From the NCBI GenBank assembly GCA_965242925.1, contig CBDEUM010000029.1, forward strand, positions 288,001 to 352,000: a stretch of DNA of 64,000 nucleotides. The letters run 5' to 3'. Positions 19,953 through 29,953 of the stretch are shown here, piece after piece (positions within the stretch are counted from its first letter, which is position 1; every line of letters begins with the position of its first letter). This stretch comes from Roseibacillus sp. (GTDB lineage Bacteria > Verrucomicrobiota > Verrucomicrobiia > Verrucomicrobiales > Akkermansiaceae). The position numbers and the translations under genes were made by a program. The notes under the pieces were generated by a model that worked only from the letters and a program-made list of their open reading frames with translations, had not been told where the DNA came from and ran no database searches.

Positions 19953-20113
19953 ACACGAGGAACTGCGGGACAACGAGCGGGTGCCTCTGCTCAGGGGCGC
20001 CCGCAATCATCCGGATTGCCCTCCTCCTCTCTCTGTCACAGTCTTCCCCCGAACATTCGTTCTCCGCGTCCCGCGGAAATCGTTCGCGCACTTTCTAAAA
20101 CCTTGATCCTGCC

Positions 20114-23100
20114 ATGACCCGAACTGCTCTTCCTCTAACAACCGCGGTGTTCCTTTCGCTCTGCCCTTCCCCAGCGTGGGCTACCGACGGCAATCGCCTC
20201 GTGCACCTCGATGAACCGAACAATCCGTGGCAGTTCCACCGCGAGTCGGCCAAGCTCATCACGCCACAGTGGATCGGCGAAAAGGGTGTGCACGGGGTGG
20301 CCGTGCTCGCCATCGACGACATGTCGGGCGACGGTCTGCACTTCCGCAACTATCTGAGTCCGATCATCGATCGGCTCAAGCTCATCGACGGTCGCGGTCC
20401 GGTCAGCATCACCTGCAATCGTCCGGATCCCACTCATCCCAACATGCAGTGGCTGCTCGGCCAGGGCGTCTCGCTGGAGACCCACACCCTGAGTCATCCC
20501 TGTCCGCTCCTGCATCACCTCGACTTCGCACGGGCCGCCACCGACTACCACCGCTGCGTCGACCTCCTGGCCGCCATCCCCAACAACCGCTCGGTGGGAT
20601 TCCGGTTCCCCTGCATGGACGGCCAGAACACGCCGAGCCCTCGCGCCTACGCGGAGATCCTCAACGGCGTGAGCGAAATGGGGAATTTCATGTCGTCAAG
20701 CACCAGCGTGGGCATCGTCTTCACTCCGACGGACCCGGAACTGCCGCGCTCGATCTTCGAGGGCGACCCCGCCGGCGGGAGGCGCTTCTCCAAGTACCTG
20801 ATGACGGGCTTCGTCAACTACATCGAAGATTACCCGTATCCCTTCACGGTCGGAAACCTGATCTGGGAAGTTCCCTTTGTCTACCCCAACGACTACACCG
20901 GCCAGGCCCTGAACGGAGCCCAGAACCCGGTCATGATTGCCGATTTCAAGGCGGCGGTGGATGCCACGGTCGCGAAGCAAGGCGCGGTTTCGCTTTGCTT
21001 CCACGCCGGCGGATGGATGCGCAATGACCAGATGGTCGAAATCGTTGATTACGCCGACCGGACTCACGGCAAGAAGGTGAAGTTCCTCACCATGCGGGAG
21101 ATGGACGAACGCATGGTCGAGAACATGCTGGCTGGCCATTCCCTCCGCAACGCGAAGGGCGGTGACAATGGCGTGCGCATCTTTGATATCGACGGCAACG
21201 GCTACATGGATGTCGTCATCGGCAACGACAGGACCAGGCTGAGCCGCATCTGGAATCCGGAGAAGGAATCCTGGCAGGAGTCCCCCTTCCCGACTCTCGT
21301 CACTCCCGCCCTACGCTTCGGGATCCTCGACAAAAGCGGAAGGGCCGCTGCGATCGAAACAGACGGGCGCGGCGTAAACCGTGCCTGGCGCTTCGACGGC
21401 AAGGCCTGGGTGGCCGACCAGTCACTGGTGGCGGGACTGGCCGGGGTGACCACACACCGCAAGGGCGCCGACGGGGGCGTGCGCCTGCGCGATGTCGATG
21501 GCGACGGAATCTGTGAATTGATCGTCGGGACGCCCACACAGTCCGCGGTTTATCGCCTCGGGAAGAAAGGCTGGCAGAAGCTTCCCTTCGGACTCCCGGA
21601 GGGATCCTCGCTTGTAACCCAGTCCGGAGGCGACGCGGGACTCCGCTTTGCGGATATCGATGACGATGGGCAGCAGGATATCATCTTTTCGAACGCCGAG
21701 CGCTACGGGACCTGGATGCTCGAGTCGCTCAAGAGCGGCTGGTCACGGAAGGGCCTCCATGGCAAGCGCCAGGGCGACGGAGTGGGAGAACAACACACCC
21801 GCGTGCGCACGGCCCTGGCTCCCATCGTGCGCAAGGACGGCACCAACAACGGCGCGTGGATCAAGCGCGGACATCTCTACTGGCAGAGCGAAGATACGGG
21901 CGCGATCATGCCGCACCACATCGACCAGCGCAGCTTTGGCGACCTGTTGGGCGACCAGGTGAACCAACCCCGGACTGCGAACTCGTCCTTGCGCGCGATG
22001 CAGGCACGTTCCGGCTTCCGGGTGGAATTAGTGGCAGCCGAACCGCTCGTCATGGATCCGGTCGACGTGGCGTGGGGCCCGGACGGTCGTCTGTGGGTGG
22101 CCGAGATGGCTGATTATCCAATGGGCCTCGATCACAAGGGCCAGCCCGGGGGCCGAATTGTCGCTCTTACCGATACCGACGGAGATGGGCGCTACGACAA
22201 GCGCACTCTCTTCGCGGACGGTCTCGAGACCGCCAACACCGTGCTTCCCTGGCGCGATGGTGTCCTGGCGATCGCACCGCCCAACATTTGGTTGCTGCGC
22301 GACACCACTGGCGATGGCAAATCGAATCTCAGGGTGCTTCTTTACGAAGGATTTGGCCGGGGAAACGAGCAGCATCGAGGGAATGGATTGGTCTGGGGAC
22401 TCGATGGCTGGCTCTACGTCTCCAACGGGGACAGCGGCGGGACGATTCGATCCATCAAGACCGGTAAAAGACTCAATCTCGGTGGATTCGATCTGCGCAT
22501 CCGGCCGGACACCGGTGAGTTTGAACCCGCTACTGGAGTCACCCAGCACGGCCGCAACCGCGACGACTGGGGAAACTGGGTGGGAGGAAACAATTCGAAC
22601 GGCTGGCAAATCGCACTGGAAGACCACGAAGTCCGCCGCAACCCGAAGGTCGATCAACCAAATTCCCGCCATCCAATAAACGGGGTGATCCCCCTCTATC
22701 CCATCAGCCGCGTGCTCAGTCACTACAGCGGGTATCGAGCCCCGCCGGCGGGATCCTCAGGCAGCCTCACTTCAGCCTGTGGATATACCTTCTATCGCGA
22801 CAGTTTGTTCGACGGTCACATCGCTCCCTCGGTCTACTTCTCCTGTCCCGTGCACAACTGCGTGCATCGGGAGGAGATCACCTGGAACGGAGTCCTTATG
22901 GAAACCGAGCGCGCGAGCGACGAGGCACGGAGCGAGTTTCTCCGCAGTTCCGATTCCTGGTTCCGTCCCACCGCCATTCGCACCGGACCGGACGGCGCGA
23001 TGTACGTGGCCGATATGTACCGGCTTGTTATCGAGCACCCGGAGTGGATCGACGACAAACTCGAGCAGGAAATGATTGCCGACGGACGCCTGCGTGCCGG

Positions 23101-25825
23101 ACACGACCGGGGACGGATCTACAAGATCTTTCCGAGCGGGGCGAAGCTCCACAAGCGGGCAAACCTTGCCTCGCTCAACCCGGCTGAGCTCGGTGCCGCG
23201 CTGGACTCCTCGAACGGCTGGCAGCGTGACACCGCCCACATGATGTTGACCTGGGTCCAAGAGTCCGAGCAGAAGAAGGCAATTCCGGGGCTCGTCAGTG
23301 TGCTGCGAAGCAAGCATGCGGCCGCCCGGGCCCAGGCCTTGAGCGCGCTCGCAGATCTTGGCGCGCTTTCCGCGGATGCGCTGAAGATCGGTCTCGACGA
23401 TTCACACCCCGGCGTGCGGCGCAATGCGCTGCGCGTAGGCGCTCACCTCTTCAACGACCATCCGACCCTGGGTCAGCGCGCGGTTGCCCTGCTCAACGAC
23501 GAAGATGCCCACGTGCAACAGCAGGCTGCCTATGCGTTGGGCGCCTGGACGCACAAGGAGGCTGGGAGGGCCCTTGGACGTTTCCTCGTGAAGAACGCCG
23601 GTCGTCCCTACCTCCGTGCCGCGGCCCTCACCTCGGCGGGGGCACTCCCGCATGAGGTCCTGCTCGCCGTTCTCGGGTCTGAGCGGACGCCGGTGACCTC
23701 CGCCCTCAGCGCGGAGCTGATGGGGATGCTCGGAGCCGACGCCAAAAAACTCGTGCCGCCCGTGCTGACGCGCATCGCGAGCAAACCGGACAACGGCAAA
23801 CACTACCAAGCGTGGGAGTTTCATGCCGCGACGCGCCTCATGGAAGCCATGGGCGACGACGAAGCTGCTCGCGCGCTCGTGCCCGCCATGCTGGTTAAAG
23901 CGCGCGCTACGGTGATAGATGGGAAGAGGGACTTGGAGACCCGCCTCTCCGCGGTTCCGTTCCTGGAACGGGCTTCCCCCAACGCTGATGTCCGTCTGCT
24001 CACCTCTCTTCTGAAGCTGACGACGCCGATCGAATTGCAGGTCGCGGCGGTCAAGTCGCTCCTGCGGCATGAGAATACCGGCGCGGCAAAGAATCTCTTG
24101 GCCGGTTGGTCCGCACACGGGCCGGCGGTCCGCGGCGCCATTATCGATGCTCTCCTGGCCCGGCCGGTGCTCACCGGCACGCTCCTGGATGCGATTGACG
24201 GAAACCGCGAATTGGGAGTTTCCCTCGACACCAGCCGTCGACAGTTGCTCCTCCGGCACTCCAACGAGTCCATCCGTGTGCGAGCCACCAAGCTGCTCGG
24301 CGGCGCCACCAATGCGAACCGCGCGGCCGTGCTCAATAAGTACACTCCGGTGCTGACCAAGGCTGGAGACCGCGAGAAGGGCCGGGCGCTCTTTGGAACG
24401 CACTGTGCACTCTGTCACCGGCTCAACGGCGTCGGCAAAGTGGTCGGTCCGAACCTGGCTGCGCTGAGCAATCGCGCGCCGCTCACGTTCCTCACCGCCA
24501 TCCTGGATCCCAACCAGGCCATCGAGGCGACCTGGATGCTCTTTGTCGCCAAGACCAAGGACGGGCGCACTCTCGCCGGGGCGGTGGCGGAGGAAACGAG
24601 TTCCGCCGTCACGCTCGTGGGTGTCGACGGAGCCCGCACCCAAATCCCGCGGGACCAGCTTGTGTCGCTGGAGTCCACCGGCCGCTCGCTCATGCCGGAG
24701 GGACTCGAAGGAGCAATCACACTCGAGCAAATGGCCGACCTGCTCGCCTACCTCAAGATGGCGGGGAGGCCGATGTCCCAGGTAGAGGTCAAGGGCAATA
24801 CTCTCGAACACCTCGACGCCAAGCACGACGGCTTCTACTCGATCTTGTTCGATCCCGTGGCCGGAGCGACGGGAATCGAGTTGGAATGGGCCAACGAGGG
24901 CCCCCACAAGCACTGGACGATTCGCGAGATCGAAGCCTACGCCAACTTCGAGACGAAGGTCGATATCGTGGCTGGCACCGTTGTTCCGGGACCGACGCGG
25001 ACCGGGGCCAACGGGCTGGAGAAGGCCTTCGACGGCAAGGTCGAAACCCGGACCTACACCACTGCATCCTACACGAATGTCGTACCCCAGCGGACGCTTC
25101 TCAAGCTCGCGCCGGGTGCCCACGTGCTCGACCGCATCCGCATCAACCATGTGGGGGGCAACGACAGGAACGGGCGGCTCCAGCAGATCACCGTCCGCGT
25201 CACCACCGATGCCAATCCCGATCTGGCCGCCCGCAAGTATGCCAATGTCGCCAACCTCTCGGTTCAGATCTTTGGTGAAGCGGGGGCCGAAGAAGCGGCG
25301 AAGCCCGAGGAGAAGCCGAAGCCCAAAGGAAAACCGAAACCCTTCGGTGGCAAGCCGCACAAGATCCCGGGGTTGATCGAGGCCGAGCATTATGACGAGG
25401 GGCCGCCCACGGTCGCCTACCGGGACAACGACGCGAATAACCAGGGCGCGCCCTATCGCAAGAACACACAGGTCGATATCGAGAAACGTGACGACGCCTC
25501 CAACGGACACGGGATCGGCTGGACCGGGGCAGGGGAGTGGCTGAACTACACCGTCGAGGTCGCTGCGACCGGAACCTACGCGATCGAGATGCCCGTCGCC
25601 TCCAGCAAGCAGGGGGGGCTCTTCCACCTTGAGATTGAAGGGAAGGACCTCACCGGCCCCATCCGCATCCCCGACACCGGGGGATGGACCACCCTCAAGA
25701 CGATCTCGCACAAGGGCGTGGAACTGAAGAAGGGCGTGCACGTCATCCGGGTCGTGATGGACAAGAACGGTGCCAACGGCGGGATCGGAGACATCGACTA
25801 CTTCAAGTTCAAGGCCGTGAAGTAG
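20114..25825 (+). CDS. PVC-type heme-binding CxxCH dehydrogenase-like protein fused to deacetylase-like, FG-GAP/VCBS, HEAT, permuted discoidin-like and CBM6-like domains
   Basis: LAIDD/ETHTLSHP/GFRFP (NodB-like); DIDGNG/DVDGDG repeats; GFRVELVAAEPLVMDPV, WFRPTAIRTGPDGAMYVADMYR; CALCH...SLMPEGL; IEAEHYD..GEWLNYTV. Confidence 0.85.
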   Translation: MTRTALPLTTAVFLSLCPSPAWATDGNRLVHLDEPNNPWQFHRESAKLITPQWIGEKGVHGVAVLAIDDMSGDGLHFRNYLSPIIDRLKLIDGRGPVSITCNRPDPTHPNMQWLLGQGVSLETHTLSHPCPLLHHLDFARAATDYHRCVDLLAAIPNNRSVGFRFPCMDGQNTPSPRAYAEILNGVSEMGNFMSSSTSVGIVFTPTDPELPRSIFEGDPAGGRRFSKYLMTGFVNYIEDYPYPFTVGNLIWEVPFVYPNDYTGQALNGAQNPVMIADFKAAVDATVAKQGAVSLCFHAGGWMRNDQMVEIVDYADRTHGKKVKFLTMREMDERMVENMLAGHSLRNAKGGDNGVRIFDIDGNGYMDVVIGNDRTRLSRIWNPEKESWQESPFPTLVTPALRFGILDKSGRAAAIETDGRGVNRAWRFDGKAWVADQSLVAGLAGVTTHRKGADGGVRLRDVDGDGICELIVGTPTQSAVYRLGKKGWQKLPFGLPEGSSLVTQSGGDAGLRFADIDDDGQQDIIFSNAERYGTWMLESLKSGWSRKGLHGKRQGDGVGEQHTRVRTALAPIVRKDGTNNGAWIKRGHLYWQSEDTGAIMPHHIDQRSFGDLLGDQVNQPRTANSSLRAMQARSGFRVELVAAEPLVMDPVDVAWGPDGRLWVAEMADYPMGLDHKGQPGGRIVALTDTDGDGRYDKRTLFADGLETANTVLPWRDGVLAIAPPNIWLLRDTTGDGKSNLRVLLYEGFGRGNEQHRGNGLVWGLDGWLYVSNGDSGGTIRSIKTGKRLNLGGFDLRIRPDTGEFEPATGVTQHGRNRDDWGNWVGGNNSNGWQIALEDHEVRRNPKVDQPNSRHPINGVIPLYPISRVLSHYSGYRAPPAGSSGSLTSACGYTFYRDSLFDGHIAPSVYFSCPVHNCVHREEITWNGVLMETERASDEARSEFLRSSDSWFRPTAIRTGPDGAMYVADMYRLVIEHPEWIDDKLEQEMIADGRLRAGHDRGRIYKIFPSGAKLHKRANLASLNPAELGAALDSSNGWQRDTAHMMLTWVQESEQKKAIPGLVSVLRSKHAAARAQALSALADLGALSADALKIGLDDSHPGVRRNALRVGAHLFNDHPTLGQRAVALLNDEDAHVQQQAAYALGAWTHKEAGRALGRFLVKNAGRPYLRAAALTSAGALPHEVLLAVLGSERTPVTSALSAELMGMLGADAKKLVPPVLTRIASKPDNGKHYQAWEFHAATRLMEAMGDDEAARALVPAMLVKARATVIDGKRDLETRLSAVPFLERASPNADVRLLTSLLKLTTPIELQVAAVKSLLRHENTGAAKNLLAGWSAHGPAVRGAIIDALLARPVLTGTLLDAIDGNRELGVSLDTSRRQLLLRHSNESIRVRATKLLGGATNANRAAVLNKYTPVLTKAGDREKGRALFGTHCALCHRLNGVGKVVGPNLAALSNRAPLTFLTAILDPNQAIEATWMLFVAKTKDGRTLAGAVAEETSSAVTLVGVDGARTQIPRDQLVSLESTGRSLMPEGLEGAITLEQMADLLAYLKMAGRPMSQVEVKGNTLEHLDAKHDGFYSILFDPVAGATGIELEWANEGPHKHWTIREIEAYANFETKVDIVAGTVVPGPTRTGANGLEKAFDGKVETRTYTTASYTNVVPQRTLLKLAPGAHVLDRIRINHVGGNDRNGRLQQITVRVTTDANPDLAARKYANVANLSVQIFGEAGAEEAAKPEEKPKPKGKPKPFGGKPHKIPGLIEAEHYDEGPPTVAYRDNDANNQGAPYRKNTQVDIEKRDDASNGHGIGWTGAGEWLNYTVEVAATGTYAIEMPVASSKQGGLFHLEIEGKDLTGPIRIPDTGGWTTLKTISHKGVELKKGVHVIRVVMDKNGANGGIGDIDYFKFKAVK

Positions 25826-26047
25826 CGCCCCTGCCGCAGGACCATGCCCCGCCGCTTCTTCCGGTTCATCGCACGGCAGATCCCTGCACCTTAGCGGCGT
25901 GCACCGTGCCCTGGTTCCTGCACTGGGATGCGGGGCTCCATCGGTTCAGGCAATGCTTGGGGCAGCACTTTCGATTCCAGGCACCTGATCGCATGTGGTA
26001 GAGTTGCGGAATGGAACCGCCTCCTCAGCTTCTTGAGCAGTGAGTCC

Positions 26048-26365
26048 GTGCCCACTACCAACCAGATGGCGATTATCAGCATGGTTGCGGGTGGCACTGG
26101 TGCTGTTGGCGTCCTCGGTGTTGTGGCCCTCTTCTGGACAGGGAGCAGGCTATGCCTCATATGCGTAGTGCTAGTGCTACTAGCATCTCTATGTGCGATC
26201 GTATGCGGGCATATCGCACGTCGACAGATTCGAAAGGCAGATGGACGGGAAAAGGGGAAAGGAATCGCCCTGGCGGGATTGATCTGTGGCTATTTATGGG
26301 TTTTGGCTCCGCTAGCGCTCGCTCTCTGGATTCTCCTGGTCCTCATAGGGATGAGCCAGTGGTGA
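26048..26365 (+). CDS. DUF4190-family membrane protein
   Basis: TNQMAIISMV...AIVCGHIARRQIRK..GKGIALAGLICGY; start uncertain; visibly more AT-rich than neighbours. Confidence 0.75.
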   Translation: MPTTNQMAIISMVAGGTGAVGVLGVVALFWTGSRLCLICVVLVLLASLCAIVCGHIARRQIRKADGREKGKGIALAGLICGYLWVLAPLALALWILLVLIGMSQW

Positions 26366-26603
26366 AATCCACAGACACTTCCGACCCCGGGACGTCATCC
26401 CGCGACTATTTCCTGCGGTTCCTGTAATTCATCATCCGGTCCGTCGTGCCCACCAGGCCCTCCGGCGGAAGGGCACACAGGATTCCGGATCTCACCGAAA
26501 CCGGTTCGGGTGTGGGGCGAGCGGGGAGTGAGTCAGACGCTCACTCTCTGGGAATTAATCCACTCTCCCGCATCGCGAATGCGAGAAACTCATTGATAAT
26601 CAA

Positions 26604-26680
26604 TGGCGCGCCCGAGAGGAGTCGAACCCCTAACCTCCTGATCCGTAATCAGGCGCTCTATCCAATTGAGCTACGGGCGC
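26604..26680 (-). tRNA. tRNA-Arg(ACG)
   Basis: Reverse complement GCGCCCGTAGCTCAATTGGATAGAGCGCCTGATTACGGATCAGGAGGTTAGGGGTTCGACTCCTCTCGGGCGCGCCA; cloverleaf, anticodon ACG, encoded CCA. Confidence 0.97.
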
Positions 26681-26703
26681 GCATGCCGAGAACGGCGGGG
26701 CGG

Positions 26704-26731
26704 AAGGTAGGGAATTGAGGGGCGGTGTCAA
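26704..26731 (-). promoter_or_regulatory. Sigma70-type promoter for tRNA-Arg
   Basis: TTGACA, 16 nt, TACCTT on minus strand, ~24 nt before the tRNA. Confidence 0.6.
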
Positions 26732-26984
26732 GCGGGGTTGCCAGGGCGGAGAGGTCGCCGGTGGGGAGCGGGGATCCGGAAGAAGCTGCCGTATTCCGCC
26801 CCTGCACCCACCCTGACCATTTCCGACATTTCCCTTGATTTTCAGGGGTCGATCCCTAGGTTCACCACCCGTTTGGGCCTGAGGCTGGGGCGGTTGCGGC
26901 GATGGATGGAGCCCCGTTGTCGTCGCGGAAGAGGGGCAATTGTCGGAAGGCAAGCAAACCAACAACCAACCTTAACTACAGAAA

Positions 26985-28745
26985 ATGAGTAACGAAGCCG
27001 TCGCGGACGCGCCGATCAATGCTGAACTCGAGGCATTAATCGATTCGAAGTTCCGCGAATTCAGAGAGGGTTCCATTGTGAATGGAACAGTCCTCGACAT
27101 CCGTCCCCAGGTCGTGATTGTCGATATCGGTTACAAGTCGGAGGGCGTCATACCTGCCTCCGAGTTTGAGGACGATGAGATTGAGCAAGGGGACGAAGTG
27201 GAAGTCCTCCTGGAGCGCCTCGAGAACGATGAGGGCATGGTTGTCCTCTCGAAGGAAAAGGCCGCCCACAAGCAGAACTGGGACAAGATCGTCAAGGTGT
27301 TTGAAGACGGCGGCCTGGTGAAGGGCAAGGTCAAGAGCGTGGTGAAAGGTGGACTGATGGTGAACGTCGGGGTGGAGGCCTTTCTCCCGGGTTCCCAGGT
27401 CGACATCATCCCGCCCAAGGACCTCAACGAATTTCTGGGTAACATCTACGATTTCAAGATCGTCAAGGTCAACGACGAGCGGAAGAACATCGTGCTGAGT
27501 CGCCGCGAGGTGATCGAGGCCGAGCGTTCCGAGCGTCGCCAGCTCTTCCTGCAGACCGTCAAGGTCGGCGACAAGGTGAGCGGACAGGTGAAGAACATGA
27601 CCGACTTCGGCGCCTTTGTCGACCTCGAGGGCATGGACGGCCTCCTGCACATCACGGACATGAGCTGGGGTCGCATCAATCATCCCACCGAGATGCTGCG
27701 TATCGCCCAGGAGATCGAGGTGCAAATCCTCGATGTGGATCGCGAGAAGGAACGCGTCTCTCTTGGTCTCAAGCAGATGACCGACAACCCGTGGGAGGAC
27801 ATCGAGGGCAAGTTCCCGATTGGTTCCAATGTAAAGGGACGGGTTACCAAACTGCTCCCCTACGGGGCTTTCGTGGAACTGGAGCGAGGCGTGGAAGGCC
27901 TTGTGCACGTCTCCGAACTCTCCTGGGTCAAGCGGGTTACGCGCCCCAGCGATGTCCTGGAGTTGGACATGGAAATCGAAGCGGTGGTGCTGGGAATCAG
28001 CATCGAGGAGCAGAAGATTTCCCTCGGGGTGCGTCAACTGGAGCCCAATCCATGGGACGAGATCGAAGCACGCTACCCGGTGGGAACGAAGATCAACGGT
28101 GTGGTGCGCAACCTCACGGCCTACGGCGCTTTCGTGGGACTGGAGGAAGGGATCGACGGCATGATCCACGTTTCTGATCTCAGCTGGACCCGCAAGATCA
28201 ATCACCCGAGCGAAATCCTCAAGAAGAGCGACGAGATCGAGGCCATTGTGCTCACCATCGACAAGGAGAACCAGCGTGTTTCGCTGGGGACCAAGCAACT
28301 CGATACCGATCCGTGGTCCGACATCGATACCAAATTCAAGGTGGGCGATATCGTCAAGGGGACGGTGGCTAAGATCGCGAGCTTCGGGGCCTTTGTCAGC
28401 CTTGACGGTGACATCGACGGTCTGATTCACATCTCCCAGTTGAGTGAGGAGCACGTTGAGCGCGTGAAGGATATCCTCAAGGTGGCTGACGAAGTGGAGG
28501 CCCGCGTGATCAAGGTCGACAAGATCGAGCGCCGTATCGGCCTTTCCATCAAGGCGGTGGAATACAGTGAGGAGCAACTCCGGAAGGAGTCCCAGAGCTT
28601 CGAGACGCTGCGTCCCTCCAGCGACCTGGTGGGCCTGGAGCAGGCCTTCAACCTTGCAGCGGCTGCCACTGGTTCCGAAGAGGAAGAGTGGAGTCCGAGT
28701 GCGGAACCCGAGGCACCCTCCGAAGAGAAAGAGAAGAGCGAGTAA
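26985..28745 (+). CDS. rpsA: 30S ribosomal protein S1
   Basis: Six S1 domains (VDIGYKSEG, AFLPGSQVD, FGAFVDL..DGLLHITDMSW, etc.). Confidence 0.97.
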   Translation: MSNEAVADAPINAELEALIDSKFREFREGSIVNGTVLDIRPQVVIVDIGYKSEGVIPASEFEDDEIEQGDEVEVLLERLENDEGMVVLSKEKAAHKQNWDKIVKVFEDGGLVKGKVKSVVKGGLMVNVGVEAFLPGSQVDIIPPKDLNEFLGNIYDFKIVKVNDERKNIVLSRREVIEAERSERRQLFLQTVKVGDKVSGQVKNMTDFGAFVDLEGMDGLLHITDMSWGRINHPTEMLRIAQEIEVQILDVDREKERVSLGLKQMTDNPWEDIEGKFPIGSNVKGRVTKLLPYGAFVELERGVEGLVHVSELSWVKRVTRPSDVLELDMEIEAVVLGISIEEQKISLGVRQLEPNPWDEIEARYPVGTKINGVVRNLTAYGAFVGLEEGIDGMIHVSDLSWTRKINHPSEILKKSDEIEAIVLTIDKENQRVSLGTKQLDTDPWSDIDTKFKVGDIVKGTVAKIASFGAFVSLDGDIDGLIHISQLSEEHVERVKDILKVADEVEARVIKVDKIERRIGLSIKAVEYSEEQLRKESQSFETLRPSSDLVGLEQAFNLAAAATGSEEEEWSPSAEPEAPSEEKEKSE

Positions 28746-28771
28746 GCGATTGCTTCCGTAAACCGCTTTAC

Positions 28772-28801
28772 ACGCTCCGGGGTTTTCCCCGGGGCGTTTT
28801 T
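28772..28801 (+). terminator. Intrinsic terminator of rpsA
   Basis: ACGCTCCGGGG-TTTT-CCCCGGGGCGT stem followed by T-run. Confidence 0.8.
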
Positions 28802-28891
28802 CTTGGGAGCTCTTCGCGGATGGGAGCCGGGAGAATTCGGATGAATGCCTGCCCCCTGACGGGTGGCAGGGCAGGAAGTCAGGATGCGTTC

Positions 28892-29170
28892 CTAACCGTT
28901 GTCCTCGACCTTGGGCTTCTTGGCACGGCGCACGGCACCGAAGCGCTTCTGGAACTTGTCGATGCGCCCCTCGGTGTCGACGAACTGCTTCTGTCCCGTG
29001 AAGAACGGGTGGGAGTCAGCGGTGACACCTATTGAGATCACGTAGTGGTCCACTCCGTCGACCTTTTCGACGCGATCCGATTTGGCGGTCGACTGAGTGA
29101 CGTACTGCTTCCCGGTACTCATGTCCTGGAAGATGACCGGGTGGTATTCGGGGTGGAGATCCGCTTTCAT
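28892..29170 (-). CDS. rpmE2: 50S ribosomal protein L31 type B
   Basis: MKADLHPEYHPVIFQD...SHPFFTG..KFVDTEGRIDKF; no CxxC zinc ligands. Confidence 0.92.
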   Translation of the reverse strand: MKADLHPEYHPVIFQDMSTGKQYVTQSTAKSDRVEKVDGVDHYVISIGVTADSHPFFTGQKQFVDTEGRIDKFQKRFGAVRRAKKPKVEDNG

Positions 29171-29239
29171 GGGAATCAGCCGCGGGAGGCGGGCGGGGAG
29201 AATGCGCGATCTCCCGGAGGTGTCAAGAAATTGAGCCCG

Positions 29240-29953
29240 TCATTGGCGCTTTTGTTCGGGTTGAATGACGAGCAGACGTGGCCCTGCCCCCGACTTGGTG
29301 GTGCGGATGAGGACTGTGTCGCTTCCCCCGCTCAGATCGAAAACGATGGTCTCTGATCCCTGTAGCACGGTGGCGGGAAGGGGAATGTCGAATGTTCCTC
29401 CAGAGGGGGCCCCCCTGACGGCACCGATCATCTTTCCGCCGTAGTTGACCCGGATCGTACTTCGCGTTCCACCATGCGGGGCGGTGATCAGGCGAAGGAC
29501 GACCTGCTGATTCGCGGCAACTTTTGGAGTCGGTCCGAAGCGGCGGAACTGCAACCGCAGAGATCCTTCGCTGGTGGACAGGGAATCGACCGGGTAGTAG
29601 CCGCGCTCCTGGGCCTTGGAGGTAGTGAGTTTCTTGGAGCGGAATTCCTCCCAGGTGAGCGGGGTATGGGAGACGATCCCCCTTGAGGTGTCCCTGGACA
29701 GCAGGCCTCTCACATACTCCAGATCAGCGTTGGAGAGGGCGCCAAGAGGCACCTCGAATTCACGGCCCTTCCTGCCCCTGAGGTAGAGTGTGTCCAGGCT
29801 CGACCACTGGTACTCGGCCGTGAATGTCCGTCCGTCCGTGTAGTGCCAGACGCGCGCCTGTCCCGCCTCCAGTAGCGGGGAGGCGAACAGCATTACGAAG
29901 AGGAGAGTGTGGTTCAAGGGTGCCACTATCGTGTCCCAGGCAGGATCAATCAA
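29240..29953 (-). CDS. Secreted protein with SHD1-like N-terminal domain
   Basis: RVWHYTDGRTFTAEY...EVPLGALSNADLEYV pattern after a hydrophobic leader. Confidence 0.65.
   Translation of the reverse strand: MIDPAWDTIVAPLNHTLLFVMLFASPLLEAGQARVWHYTDGRTFTAEYQWSSLDTLYLRGRKGREFEVPLGALSNADLEYVRGLLSRDTSRGIVSHTPLTWEEFRSKKLTTSKAQERGYYPVDSLSTSEGSLRLQFRRFGPTPKVAANQQVVLRLITAPHGGTRSTIRVNYGGKMIGAVRGAPSGGTFDIPLPATVLQGSETIVFDLSGGSDTVLIRTTKSGAGPRLLVIQPEQKRQ

Noticed and set aside
19920..19960. C-terminal ...VTVP-stop as a broken PEP-CTERM tail
   Set aside because: No EP, hydrophobic helix and basic tail recoverable in nearby frames
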